A DNA stretch of 22,789 bases, from the NCBI GenBank assembly GCA_043815885.1, contig JBDRIL010000046.1:1-22789 (forward strand). The letters are read 5' to 3'. Position numbers and translations under genes: made by a program. Below the pieces are notes generated by a model. It was not told where the DNA came from, did no database searches, and saw only the letters and a list, made by a program, of their open reading frames with translations. This stretch comes from an archaeon (GTDB lineage: Archaea > Iainarchaeota > Iainarchaeia > Iainarchaeales > 1-14-0-10-31-34). The first letter of the stretch is position 1; every line of letters starts with the position of its first letter. Positions 1-8,364 of the stretch are shown one piece after another.

Positions 1-468
1 ATATACCCGCTCATCGTCTCAAACAAAAATAAGGTAAGTATTGATTTCTTCCATTTAATCAGGCAGGGAAGGGCAAAAAATTTGCCTAAAACAAAATTCC
101 ATTTTTCAAGTGTTTACAATCAAAAGTGCCGTGGAATCAGAGGGGTCCACCTCAGCACATCAGGGGATGCATATATTTGCTGCAATTCACCCATTGCGCC
201 AACAACAAACAATTCAGTTTTCAAGCTAGGCAATGTCAAAAGAGATTCGCTTTCAATCATATTTGATAACTACAAGAAAAGCAAGCTTATAAGATTTCTG
301 AGTGATTACGGCCCTTACAGCCTGGTGGAAGGAATGCATAAAAAAAAGAAAAAAAGTTTCTGCAAAAATAAAAGTTATTCACAGATTTGTGATTACTGCA
401 TTGAAAAATTAGGTAAACACGAAAAAAGGGGCGTGGATAAATTTCTTACTAAATTTTATTCAGATTAA
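1..468 (+). CDS. Radical SAM protein, C-terminal twitch/SPASM-type domain (5'-partial; runs off the window edge)
   Basis: Frame is open from base 1 (IYPLIVSNKNKVSIDFFHLIRQGRAKNLPK...), so the TTG start at 82 is probably internal. GRA motif, then C-x11-GDAYICC, LGNV..DSL..I, GPxxL and a terminal ICDYC, the typical auxiliary Fe-S domain pattern. The CxxxCxxC core is outside the window. Confidence 0.75.
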   Translation: MYPLIVSNKNKVSIDFFHLIRQGRAKNLPKTKFHFSSVYNQKCRGIRGVHLSTSGDAYICCNSPIAPTTNNSVFKLGNVKRDSLSIIFDNYKKSKLIRFLSDYGPYSLVEGMHKKKKKSFCKNKSYSQICDYCIEKLGKHEKRGVDKFLTKFYSD

Positions 469-712
469 ACTCCATGAGTTTTTCTTTTTTTAGCCCTCCT
501 ATAAATTCTTTTAAATCCTTTTTAGCTTTTTCTTCTGTTATGCCGTATTTTCCGACAATCTTTTTTACGATATTTTTGAGGGATTTTTTTCTCTCAAGGT
601 TTTTCCAGATAAATGCCCCAGTCTTATTTAACTTATAAAAAGACAATCTGGCGTTTGAGAAAATTAATATTTCACTGCCAATCTCAGTCCATTCCAAGTC
701 TCCCTTCCTCAT
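449..712 (-). CDS. PqqD-family protein / stand-alone RiPP recognition element (87 aa)
   Basis: EIGSEILIF...FYKLNKTGAFIWKNL...SLKNIVKKIVGKYGITEEKAKKDLKEFIGGL matches the PqqD pattern (LNxTGxxIWxxL; Y.V..E.A..DL..F...L). The ATG at 712 avoids a 59-nt overlap with the upstream gene. Confidence 0.9.
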   Translation of the reverse strand: MRKGDLEWTEIGSEILIFSNARLSFYKLNKTGAFIWKNLERKKSLKNIVKKIVGKYGITEEKAKKDLKEFIGGLKKEKLMEFNLNKI

Positions 713-743
713 AAAAACCAACAAAAAGAATCCAGGGAAAAAT

Positions 744-1613
744 TTATAACCCTTTCTTGATTTTACTCCAAAATGCCTTGCTACGAGAGAAACGCATTTC
801 ATAGCAGTCTATTTTTTTTACGATCTCTGCTGCTGTATTAAAAATTTTTTTGCGGACGTTACCGGTCTCCACCCAGAGCAGTGATGGCAGCCGCAGGTTA
901 TACAGTAGCCTAACGAGCGCTTCCTCTTTTTTTAGTTTTATGAAATCATTTTTTTTGGCTTTTCTAATGAAAAAAACATTCCTTACAACAGTCCGGCAAT
1001 TCCTTGATTTTACTCTTCCCACTCCCTTTTGAAAAGTGAAGCCGTAAACCACTGGCTTGTCTTTTTTGTCCATTATCACGTTTATGTCATCATGGAGGGC
1101 ATATCTTGGAAAAAAATTTGCTATAGTTGTCTTGCCTTGGTGTGCTCTTCCAGCAAAAACAAATCCTTTTCCTTTATAGGACAAAGCAGACGAGTGAACA
1201 AGCAGAGCTTTTCTATCCAACAGAAACAGCGAATAACAGAGCCAAATAACTTGTTGGAGGGCACCCAAAAAAAATTTTTTTGGCGCCTTTATGGTTATTG
1301 ACGCCTTTTTTTCTTTTAAGTCTATTTCCCCCCAACCATATTTGAAACGCGAATTCTTCTTATTAATAAAAATTTTTTTAGAATTTTTTTTTCCGCAATC
1401 CAATCGCATTGCAAGTTTCTTCTTTAATATTTTTTTGCATTGTTTTTTTTCAGTGAGATTCGCAGTAATTATGAAATCAGCTGTTTTATAAGACCCGACA
1501 ATTTTGTAATGTTTTTTTAATTTTTTAAGTGTTTCTTCTGAATTACTTTTTATTAATGCAACTGTTCCAGCAACGCTAATTTTCAAGCCAAGGTTTTTAT
1601 TCGTGTTTTTCAC
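744..1613 (-). CDS. HPr-kinase-related P-loop protein (HprK-rel / ScmC-like)
   Basis: LLVHSSAL (conserved His), Walker A GRAHQGKTT, LHDD acidic pair; GTG start; directly upstream of the PqqD gene. Confidence 0.75.
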   Translation of the reverse strand: MKNTNKNLGLKISVAGTVALIKSNSEETLKKLKKHYKIVGSYKTADFIITANLTEKKQCKKILKKKLAMRLDCGKKNSKKIFINKKNSRFKYGWGEIDLKEKKASITIKAPKKFFLGALQQVIWLCYSLFLLDRKALLVHSSALSYKGKGFVFAGRAHQGKTTIANFFPRYALHDDINVIMDKKDKPVVYGFTFQKGVGRVKSRNCRTVVRNVFFIRKAKKNDFIKLKKEEALVRLLYNLRLPSLLWVETGNVRKKIFNTAAEIVKKIDCYEMRFSRSKAFWSKIKKGL

Positions 1614-1643
1614 TTTATCAATTCCTTTAAATTCCGCTTTTCA

Positions 1644-2987
1644 TTATGGCTTAAAACGTTTTTGGGATAGTGAAGCCACTATTTCTTGTTTATCGTATAT
1701 TCCTTTATGGGAATAATAATAAAAGTCGGGAAAAACAAGCGGAAATTTTTTTATTAAATGCATTATCTCCTTTTTTGTTTTTTGATTGCATTCATTCAAC
1801 ATCGTGTCGTTGTTAGCGTAATGAATGAATTTCCCTGAAAAACGCAGCAAGTGCTTGAATTCAAAATAAAGTGCTGATAATGGAACAGGGCTCAGTAAAG
1901 AAAGATGAACTGACACTCTTTCTTTGAAAAAATATTTGTATGCATTCATATAAAAAACACTTTTTTTAAGGTCTTCAACTGATTCAAATGGAAACCCCCA
2001 TATAAAGCTAATGAATGTTAATTTGAATTGGTCTGCGGATTTTTTTATTACCTTGTCAGCCAACGCAAAGTTAAAAGGCTTGTTTATTCTTCTAAGGATT
2101 TTATCTGAAGCGGACTCAACGCCATACAGCACTGTAATAAACCCGCTTCCAATTAATTTTTTCATTAGCTTAGAATCCATGCAGTTTAAATTAGCCGAAA
2201 AACCACAGTCAACATCTAGTTTTTCTTTTTTGATTTTTTCACAAATGGAAAGAACTCTTTTCCTGTCAAACAAAAAATTGTCATCATTAAACCTGATGCA
2301 TTTCTTTGACTTTGAGGCAATCAACTTGATTTCTTCAATTACGTTGTCCGGGCTTCTCGCAGTGATTTGGTGGCTCCAAAAAGCACAATTATTGCAAAAA
2401 GTACAATTAAACCTGCATCCCCTCGAGGTCATTAAACTATTGAAATTGTATTTTTTTAGTTTTATTTTGTGGCATGCCGGAAAGGGCAGTTCATCCAAAT
2501 CAACGATTCTTTTCCTGGGCCCAGTAAAAGCAACATTCCCCTTGTCTTTAAAAAAAATTCCTTTCACATAACGCAAATCTTTTTCTTTCTGCAGTGAATC
2601 CAACAAATCAACTATTGTTAGTTCCCCTTCGCCTCTGGCAATTATGTCTGCTTCATTGAAGTTTTTCAACAGGTTTTCTTCAACCCCCGCCACTCCAGGC
2701 CCTCCTAAAATAATTTTTTTCTCAGGAAACTTGGCCTTCAATTCCCTTAAGCATAACAAAACAAAAGGAAGCAATTCATCCGAAACACTTATTCCAATAA
2801 CATCGGAAGAATTTTTCATGAAAGAAACAAATTTTTTCGGGTCATAGGGGTCCTTAAAAGAATTCAGCTGGTAATCACGAAAGTCAACTGAAAAACCCTT
2901 AGATTCAAGGAAGGAAGTCAGATACAAAGAACCTAAAGGAACTCCCTTCTGGGAAATATTGTTCATATTCAATAGTGTAATGTCCAT
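1644..2987 (-). CDS. Cobalamin (B12)-binding radical SAM protein (class B methyltransferase-like)
   Basis: N-terminal PLGSLYL, IILGGP and RGEGE B12-domain motifs; TSRGCRFNCTFC (CxxxCxxC); FNDDNF, GVESAS, FIWGFPFES. Confidence 0.95.
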   Translation of the reverse strand: MDITLLNMNNISQKGVPLGSLYLTSFLESKGFSVDFRDYQLNSFKDPYDPKKFVSFMKNSSDVIGISVSDELLPFVLLCLRELKAKFPEKKIILGGPGVAGVEENLLKNFNEADIIARGEGELTIVDLLDSLQKEKDLRYVKGIFFKDKGNVAFTGPRKRIVDLDELPFPACHKIKLKKYNFNSLMTSRGCRFNCTFCNNCAFWSHQITARSPDNVIEEIKLIASKSKKCIRFNDDNFLFDRKRVLSICEKIKKEKLDVDCGFSANLNCMDSKLMKKLIGSGFITVLYGVESASDKILRRINKPFNFALADKVIKKSADQFKLTFISFIWGFPFESVEDLKKSVFYMNAYKYFFKERVSVHLSLLSPVPLSALYFEFKHLLRFSGKFIHYANNDTMLNECNQKTKKEIMHLIKKFPLVFPDFYYYSHKGIYDKQEIVASLSQKRFKP

Positions 2988-3075
2988 TCTTTCCGACCAA
3001 CCTTTTCCATTAAAACAGCCTTATTAAGCCAATCAAAAAAAATCCAGCAATCTTTTTTTAACTCTATCAATAATC

Positions 3076-3210
3076 TTAACAATCTTCCAATGAACTAACC
3101 AAGTACAATGAACCAACTGGCAGATATTTGCATCTGTTAGAGCCAGTTCCAACTTCCCCTAAGCTCAAATTCAATCCAGTATTAAAATTAATCAAGGTAA
3201 TGTCAGCCAT
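3076..3210 (-). pseudogene. 44-aa ORF missed by the ORF track; probably a truncated B12 radical SAM paralog (alternatively a small peptide)
   Basis: Hand translation: MADITLINFNTGLNLSLGEVGTGSNRCKYLPVGSLYLVSSLEDC*. GGAGG lies 8 nt upstream (3219-3223). DITLINFN and KYLPVGSLYLVSSLE match DITLLNMN and KGVPLGSLYLTSFLE of the next gene. Confidence 0.65.
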
Positions 3211-3257
3211 TCAACTATCCTCCCCAAAATAATACTCCCCAAAGCATTTTAATTACT

Positions 3258-4343
3258 TTATTGCTCAAACCAGAAACTTTTAATGAACGGGATAATCTTC
3301 AACTTATCCTTCAAGCCTTTAGTCCAATAAAATTTGAAGAATGTCCTTCTGCAGTTAAGCAATATTACGCCAGCCATAGATGAATTAATTTTGAGTATTT
3401 CGTTCACATTGAAGTTATTTAAATACTTCAGTTTCTTTCTGTCTGAATGCAGTCTTAATTTATTCATCACGCTTTCAGGAATTTTTTCTCCGAAAAATTC
3501 CTGTTCCAAAAACAATGCATGGCAGAGAATTTCACTTACATTGGATTCTATTGCTCTTTCAACTAATTTATTCCAATTAATTGTGCATTTTTTGATTACT
3601 CTCCTCATTTTTAACAGGTTTGGCAGGGAAAGAAAGAATGCATGAGAGTAAACCAAATGAAGCGAAAAATGAATCAATTGGTCTTCCGGAGAGAAGACTA
3701 GAAGAGATTTATTCTCTTTTATTGGAGCAGAATCTTTCCGTAAATTATCTAAATTTATGCTAAAAGAATTTATCGGGAAAACAAGGTGCCTGTGCAATTC
3801 AAATAATACGTTGATTGGACCAATTTTTTTAAAGAAAGAAATATGCGTGTAATAATTCTTAAGAAATCCATAGAAAATTGTTTTTTTGCATTTATAACCC
3901 ATTGCTTCCAATTCTCTTTCTATTAAAGGAAAGTCCTCTTTCCTTACAAGCAAATCAATATCTGCCTGGCTCTCGAAATCATCTCCAAGTGTCTCCTTTA
4001 ACGCCCAGCCCTTTAAAAGAACTGCATTAATGTCTTTTTTATTCAGTTTCCCTGCCAGCTTAAATAATTCCCTTCTCAAAACAAGGTTTCTTGAGGAAGA
4101 AAAAATAAATAATTCCTCCAATTCCTTTATTCCTTTTTTTGGGAAACGTGTTTTCTTTAAATTCAGGTAAAGAGAACCAAAAGTTCCGTGGTATTTGCTC
4201 AGTTTAATTATTTCATTAACATTAATTCCCTTGAGCAAAATTTGATTTAAATCATTTATCTCTTTTTCACTCAAATCAGTCTTTATGCAGGAAAGAAAGA
4301 ACTGCTCTTCCCTTGTTAAATCCATAAAATCACTTTTAATCAT
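3258..4343 (-). CDS. Nucleotidyltransferase family protein (NTP_transf_5-like)
   Basis: VLLKGWAL, DIDLLV, FELH, SPEDQLIHFSLH and a C-terminal INWNKLVERA segment. Confidence 0.85.
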   Translation of the reverse strand: MIKSDFMDLTREEQFFLSCIKTDLSEKEINDLNQILLKGINVNEIIKLSKYHGTFGSLYLNLKKTRFPKKGIKELEELFIFSSSRNLVLRRELFKLAGKLNKKDINAVLLKGWALKETLGDDFESQADIDLLVRKEDFPLIERELEAMGYKCKKTIFYGFLKNYYTHISFFKKIGPINVLFELHRHLVFPINSFSINLDNLRKDSAPIKENKSLLVFSPEDQLIHFSLHLVYSHAFFLSLPNLLKMRRVIKKCTINWNKLVERAIESNVSEILCHALFLEQEFFGEKIPESVMNKLRLHSDRKKLKYLNNFNVNEILKINSSMAGVILLNCRRTFFKFYWTKGLKDKLKIIPFIKSFWFEQ

Positions 4344-4409
4344 CCAAAAAAACTAAGTAATTAAATAGCTTTAAAACATAATGATAATAGTGTCGTTTAG
4401 GGGAAAAAA

Positions 4410-5567
4410 ATGAAGATATTGATTGTTGTGCCTTACTTCCATCCCTCTGCGGGGGGATTACAGCAATACGCGTTAAACCTCCACAATTACCTTAAGGATA
4501 ACAAACACGAAGTAGTAATTGTAACCTCAAATAAAGAAAACAAATTAAAGGAAGAAAAAATAAACAACACAAGAATATATAGATTACCGACGCTATTCAG
4601 GATATCAAATACCCCGATCAATTTTTTTTGGGTAAAACATTTAAGAAGGATAATCGAAACAGAAAAACCTGATTTAATTAACGCTCATCTCCCTGTCCCT
4701 TTTATTGCTGATTTAGCTGCAAGGGTTGCCAAAGAAAGAAAGATTCCATTCATATTAACCTACCAAAACGACCTGATTAAAGAAAATCCCCTGCTGAATT
4801 TGCTCTGCAAAGCATACTATTTTTTTCTCGGAAACAAGACTCTGGAGATTTCAAAAAAAATAATTGTTAATTCATTTTATTACGCTGAAACTTCGCCTCA
4901 TCTAAAAAAACACTTAAAGAAAGTCAGCTGTGTTCCTCCAAGCGTTGATGTAAAAAAATTCAATTTAAGCATTAACAGAGACTGGCTGAAAAGGAAATAC
5001 AATCTAAAAAATAACATTGTACTCTTTGTAGGCCAACTTGATAAATCACACAACCACAAGGGACTGAAATATTTGATTGAAGCAATAAAAAAAATAAAAG
5101 AAGAAAAGACTCCAATCAAACTTTTAATCGTAGGTGAGGGAGATAACATTAATTACTTTAAGAAAATATCCAAAAAAATTGGAATAGAGGAAGACATAAT
5201 TTTTGCCGGAAAAAAAGAAAAAACGCTTCCATTGCATTATGCAGGAAGCAATGTAACTGTTTTGCCTTCCACTAACAGGTCTGAAGGATTCGGGATTGTA
5301 TTAATTGAGTCAATGGCTTGCGGGACACCGGTTATCGGAACAAGAGTTGGGGGGATTCCAGCAGTAATTGATGACAAAAAAGATGGTTTTTTAGTTGAAC
5401 CAAAGAATTCAATTGAATTAAGCAAGGCAATAAAAAAAATTCTCACAGAAAAAGAATTATCTAAAGAAATGGGATTGAATGGAGCAAAAAAAGTCCAGGA
5501 AAAGTATTCAATTGAAAAATTCGGGAAAAAAACCTTAAAATTATTCAATGAAGTGACAAAAGAGTGA
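4410..5567 (+). CDS. Glycosyltransferase family 4 (GT-B)
   Basis: MKILIVVPYFHPSAGG N-terminus; FVGQL...HKG; EGFGIVLIESMACGTPVI (E-x7-E). Confidence 0.95.
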   Translation: MKILIVVPYFHPSAGGLQQYALNLHNYLKDNKHEVVIVTSNKENKLKEEKINNTRIYRLPTLFRISNTPINFFWVKHLRRIIETEKPDLINAHLPVPFIADLAARVAKERKIPFILTYQNDLIKENPLLNLLCKAYYFFLGNKTLEISKKIIVNSFYYAETSPHLKKHLKKVSCVPPSVDVKKFNLSINRDWLKRKYNLKNNIVLFVGQLDKSHNHKGLKYLIEAIKKIKEEKTPIKLLIVGEGDNINYFKKISKKIGIEEDIIFAGKKEKTLPLHYAGSNVTVLPSTNRSEGFGIVLIESMACGTPVIGTRVGGIPAVIDDKKDGFLVEPKNSIELSKAIKKILTEKELSKEMGLNGAKKVQEKYSIEKFGKKTLKLFNEVTKE

Positions 5568-7213
5568 ATAAGAAACAACTAAAAATTTTAGGAGTTTTAC
5601 TGCTTTCAACTTTGTTTATTTCTTTAACTATTGAAATTACTTCTCCAACAACTCTTTACAGAGACCCGTGGGATTGGAGGCACTTAGCAGGAACAAATAA
5701 AATAATCGAAGAAAAATCCCTGCCAACTGAATCTGAGTTATCATTAAAAGGAAATCAAGATCCTGCTTCGTATGCATACGCACAGGAAATAATACAATAC
5801 CCTGCCCCAAACATTCTTTTGGCTGTTCTTGTAATTCTTTGTGGGATAGATATTGCTTTCTTTTTGAACAGCTTCTATATAATGCTTTTCATTTTAGGTT
5901 TAAGCTTATTCATATTATTCAGGAAAGTCTTTGGCAATGACCTTCTGGCATTATGCGGCTCTGTTATATTCATGTTCTTTCCGTTTGAAACAATCTATTT
6001 TAAGACAAGCCTTGATGGAACGCCCCTGTCACAAATTTTTTATTTTGTTTCATTTTATTTCCTGATTAATGCAATAATTGTTTGCAAAAAAAAAGAAAAT
6101 GGCTTAACCAAAAATGTGTTTTTTGTTTTATTTTTCATGCTGATGGGGATAATAAGTTATAAGGCTGCCGGACTCTTGTTTTCAATACTTCCCTTGCTGT
6201 TTTTTGTTTTAGTTTATTTATTCTGGAAAAAGAATCCCCTTAAAAACAAGGGATTTAAATTCAAAATCTTTTTTATTGCTTCAGTTCTAGTTGTAGTGTC
6301 ATTCCTTATATTTTTGTTCCTCAATTTCACAGAGAATTACGCTTTATCGCCAGTAATGGCGGCAGCATACAATATCAAAAACCTCAATTTAATTCCATCA
6401 TTTATTTTTTGGAGTGTTCCCTCGGCCCAATATTACTTAAAAACTTCCCTTGGATACCATATTTTAAGATACGTTATTCCATTTGTTTTTCTCGCATTTC
6501 TGCTTCTCATAAATTTCAAAAAAATCGAGTGGTATTTGAATAAAGACAGACTGGTTTTTTCATTCGTTGTCTCACAGAGCATATTCTATTTTATTATGGG
6601 GGGACTGTTCCTGTATTCATTGCCCTTTGTTTCCCTCAGAGGAATTGGATTCATCCTTTGGATATCGATGTTATTAAATGTAATAGGAATTTTCCTGATG
6701 AAAGGAAAAAAGAGGATAATTCTTGCAACACTATTTTTTATTTTGGTTTGCATTGTTCCTTTCTCTATTTACACTCAATCCCCTGCCTACAAATACAATC
6801 AGTTCAATCTCCAAGAAGAAAAATCAATCGAGTGGGTTAACCTACAAATTAAGGAAAGCAAGCATATATACTCTGACATCAAAATGGGAGGGGCAATATT
6901 TGCATTAAACGAAAACAGAAACGTATTTCATGCAAGCGCTGACATTGGAAAAGCAGGAGAAACTGAAATAACCCCGATCTTTTATGATTCAAACATTGAA
7001 AAATCAATAGAGGCATTGGAATGGTATGGAACAGACTATTTAATATTAACAAACGATATGACAGAGATTGCTTTCCAACCAAAAAACGAGTTGTTTCATC
7101 CTACAAGCAGCAAAATACTTTCAAAATACAATAATTCAAATAAATTCAACAAAGTCTTCGAGAACAGTTATGTTAGAATCTATGGAATAGACAGGGGCGA
7201 GAAAGAAAAATGA
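5564..7213 (+). CDS. Polytopic membrane protein with GT-C-like architecture, in a glycosylation locus
   Basis: About a dozen hydrophobic segments; external loop after TM1 with DPWDWRH and QYP; soluble C-terminal domain ending FNKVFENSYVRIY; 4-nt overlaps with both flanking GT4 genes. Confidence 0.6.
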   Translation: MNKKQLKILGVLLLSTLFISLTIEITSPTTLYRDPWDWRHLAGTNKIIEEKSLPTESELSLKGNQDPASYAYAQEIIQYPAPNILLAVLVILCGIDIAFFLNSFYIMLFILGLSLFILFRKVFGNDLLALCGSVIFMFFPFETIYFKTSLDGTPLSQIFYFVSFYFLINAIIVCKKKENGLTKNVFFVLFFMLMGIISYKAAGLLFSILPLLFFVLVYLFWKKNPLKNKGFKFKIFFIASVLVVVSFLIFLFLNFTENYALSPVMAAAYNIKNLNLIPSFIFWSVPSAQYYLKTSLGYHILRYVIPFVFLAFLLLINFKKIEWYLNKDRLVFSFVVSQSIFYFIMGGLFLYSLPFVSLRGIGFILWISMLLNVIGIFLMKGKKRIILATLFFILVCIVPFSIYTQSPAYKYNQFNLQEEKSIEWVNLQIKESKHIYSDIKMGGAIFALNENRNVFHASADIGKAGETEITPIFYDSNIEKSIEALEWYGTDYLILTNDMTEIAFQPKNELFHPTSSKILSKYNNSNKFNKVFENSYVRIYGIDRGEKEK

Positions 7214-8352
7214 AAATATTAATAGTATATGACTGCATTTATCCTTTCGTTAAGGGAGGAGTGGAGAAAAGGAATTGGGAAATAGCAAAAAGATTGGCTG
7301 AAAGGAATGAAGTGCATTTGATTGGATTAAAGTGGTGGGAAGGCAATTCAACCATTAAAAAAGAAAATGTATTCCTGCATGGAATTGCCCCTGCAACAGG
7401 ACTCTACAACGAAAAAGGAAAGAGAAAGGCATTTGAAGCAATTTATTTTTCCTTTCACTTGTTCTTTTTTTTAATGAGAGAAAGATTTGATTTAATTGAA
7501 TGCTCTGAATTCCCCTTTATTCCAGTATTTGTATGCAAGTTTTATTCTTTGCTCAGAAAAAAACCTTTCACTGCAACATGGTATGAGGTGTGGGGAAATT
7601 ACTGGTATGAGTATGCAGGAAATGTGAAAGGCATTTTTGGGAAAAAAATTGAATGGATTGCTTCAAGACTTCCAGAAAAAATTATTGCTAATTCAAATAC
7701 AACAAAAAGAAAGTTGATTGAAGAAGGAATAAGAAAAGAAAAAATAACCGTGATTACGAATGGAATTGATTTAAAGGAAATAAATTCAATTGCTCCTTCT
7801 GGAAAGAAATTTGATGTGATATTTGTTGGGAGGTTAATGAAAGAGAAAAATATTGATGTATTAATTGAAGGGATTTCAATAGTGAAAAAAACTCTTCCTA
7901 CAATTTCTTGCGGGATAACTGGAGAAGGGCCAGAAAAAAATAATTTAATTGAATTAAGGAATAAACTGAATCTGAAAAACAATATTGAATTTATTGGGGA
8001 AGTGAAAGAAGACAAAGAAATAATTGCTTTAATGAAGTCAGCAAAAGTATTTGTATTGCCTTCCTCCAGAGAGGGATTCAGTATTGCCCTGCTGGAAGCA
8101 AGAGCAAGCGGTTTGCCTGTAATAACTGTGAGAAATGAGAATAATGCTGCAATGGAGTTAGTGAAAGAAGGAGGAAATGGATTTATAATTGAATTGAATG
8201 CTGAGAGGATTGCAGAAAAAATAATTTTATTATTAAAAAACCCTTCCCTGCAAAAAAAAATGAGTATAGAAGCAGGAAAAAATCTGGAGAAGTATGACTG
8301 GAAGCTTCTTGCTTTAAAAACTGAAAAGATTTATAAGGAAATGTCGGCATAA
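7210..8352 (+). CDS. Glycosyltransferase family 4 (GT-B)
   Basis: MKILIVYDCIYPFVKGGVE; FVGRLMKEKN; REGFSIALLEARASGLPVI. Confidence 0.95.
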   Translation: MKILIVYDCIYPFVKGGVEKRNWEIAKRLAERNEVHLIGLKWWEGNSTIKKENVFLHGIAPATGLYNEKGKRKAFEAIYFSFHLFFFLMRERFDLIECSEFPFIPVFVCKFYSLLRKKPFTATWYEVWGNYWYEYAGNVKGIFGKKIEWIASRLPEKIIANSNTTKRKLIEEGIRKEKITVITNGIDLKEINSIAPSGKKFDVIFVGRLMKEKNIDVLIEGISIVKKTLPTISCGITGEGPEKNNLIELRNKLNLKNNIEFIGEVKEDKEIIALMKSAKVFVLPSSREGFSIALLEARASGLPVITVRNENNAAMELVKEGGNGFIIELNAERIAEKIILLLKNPSLQKKMSIEAGKNLEKYDWKLLALKTEKIYKEMSA

Positions 8353-8364
8353 AAATGATTAACT

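Noticed and set aside
713..802. 30-aa N-terminal extension of the PqqD ORF as a fused leader or precursor
   Set aside because: It overlaps the 3' end of the kinase-like gene and has no supporting motif; the PqqD pattern begins after Met31.
1..4343. PQQ biosynthesis or a complete lasso-peptide cluster
   Set aside because: No PqqA/B/C, and no asparagine-synthetase-like cyclase or transglutaminase-like peptidase in the window; PqqD alone does not define either pathway.
4853..8260. A8-A9 homopolymers in glycosyltransferase genes as phase-variation tracts
   Set aside because: All frames are intact and such runs are common throughout this AT-rich, Lys-rich sequence.
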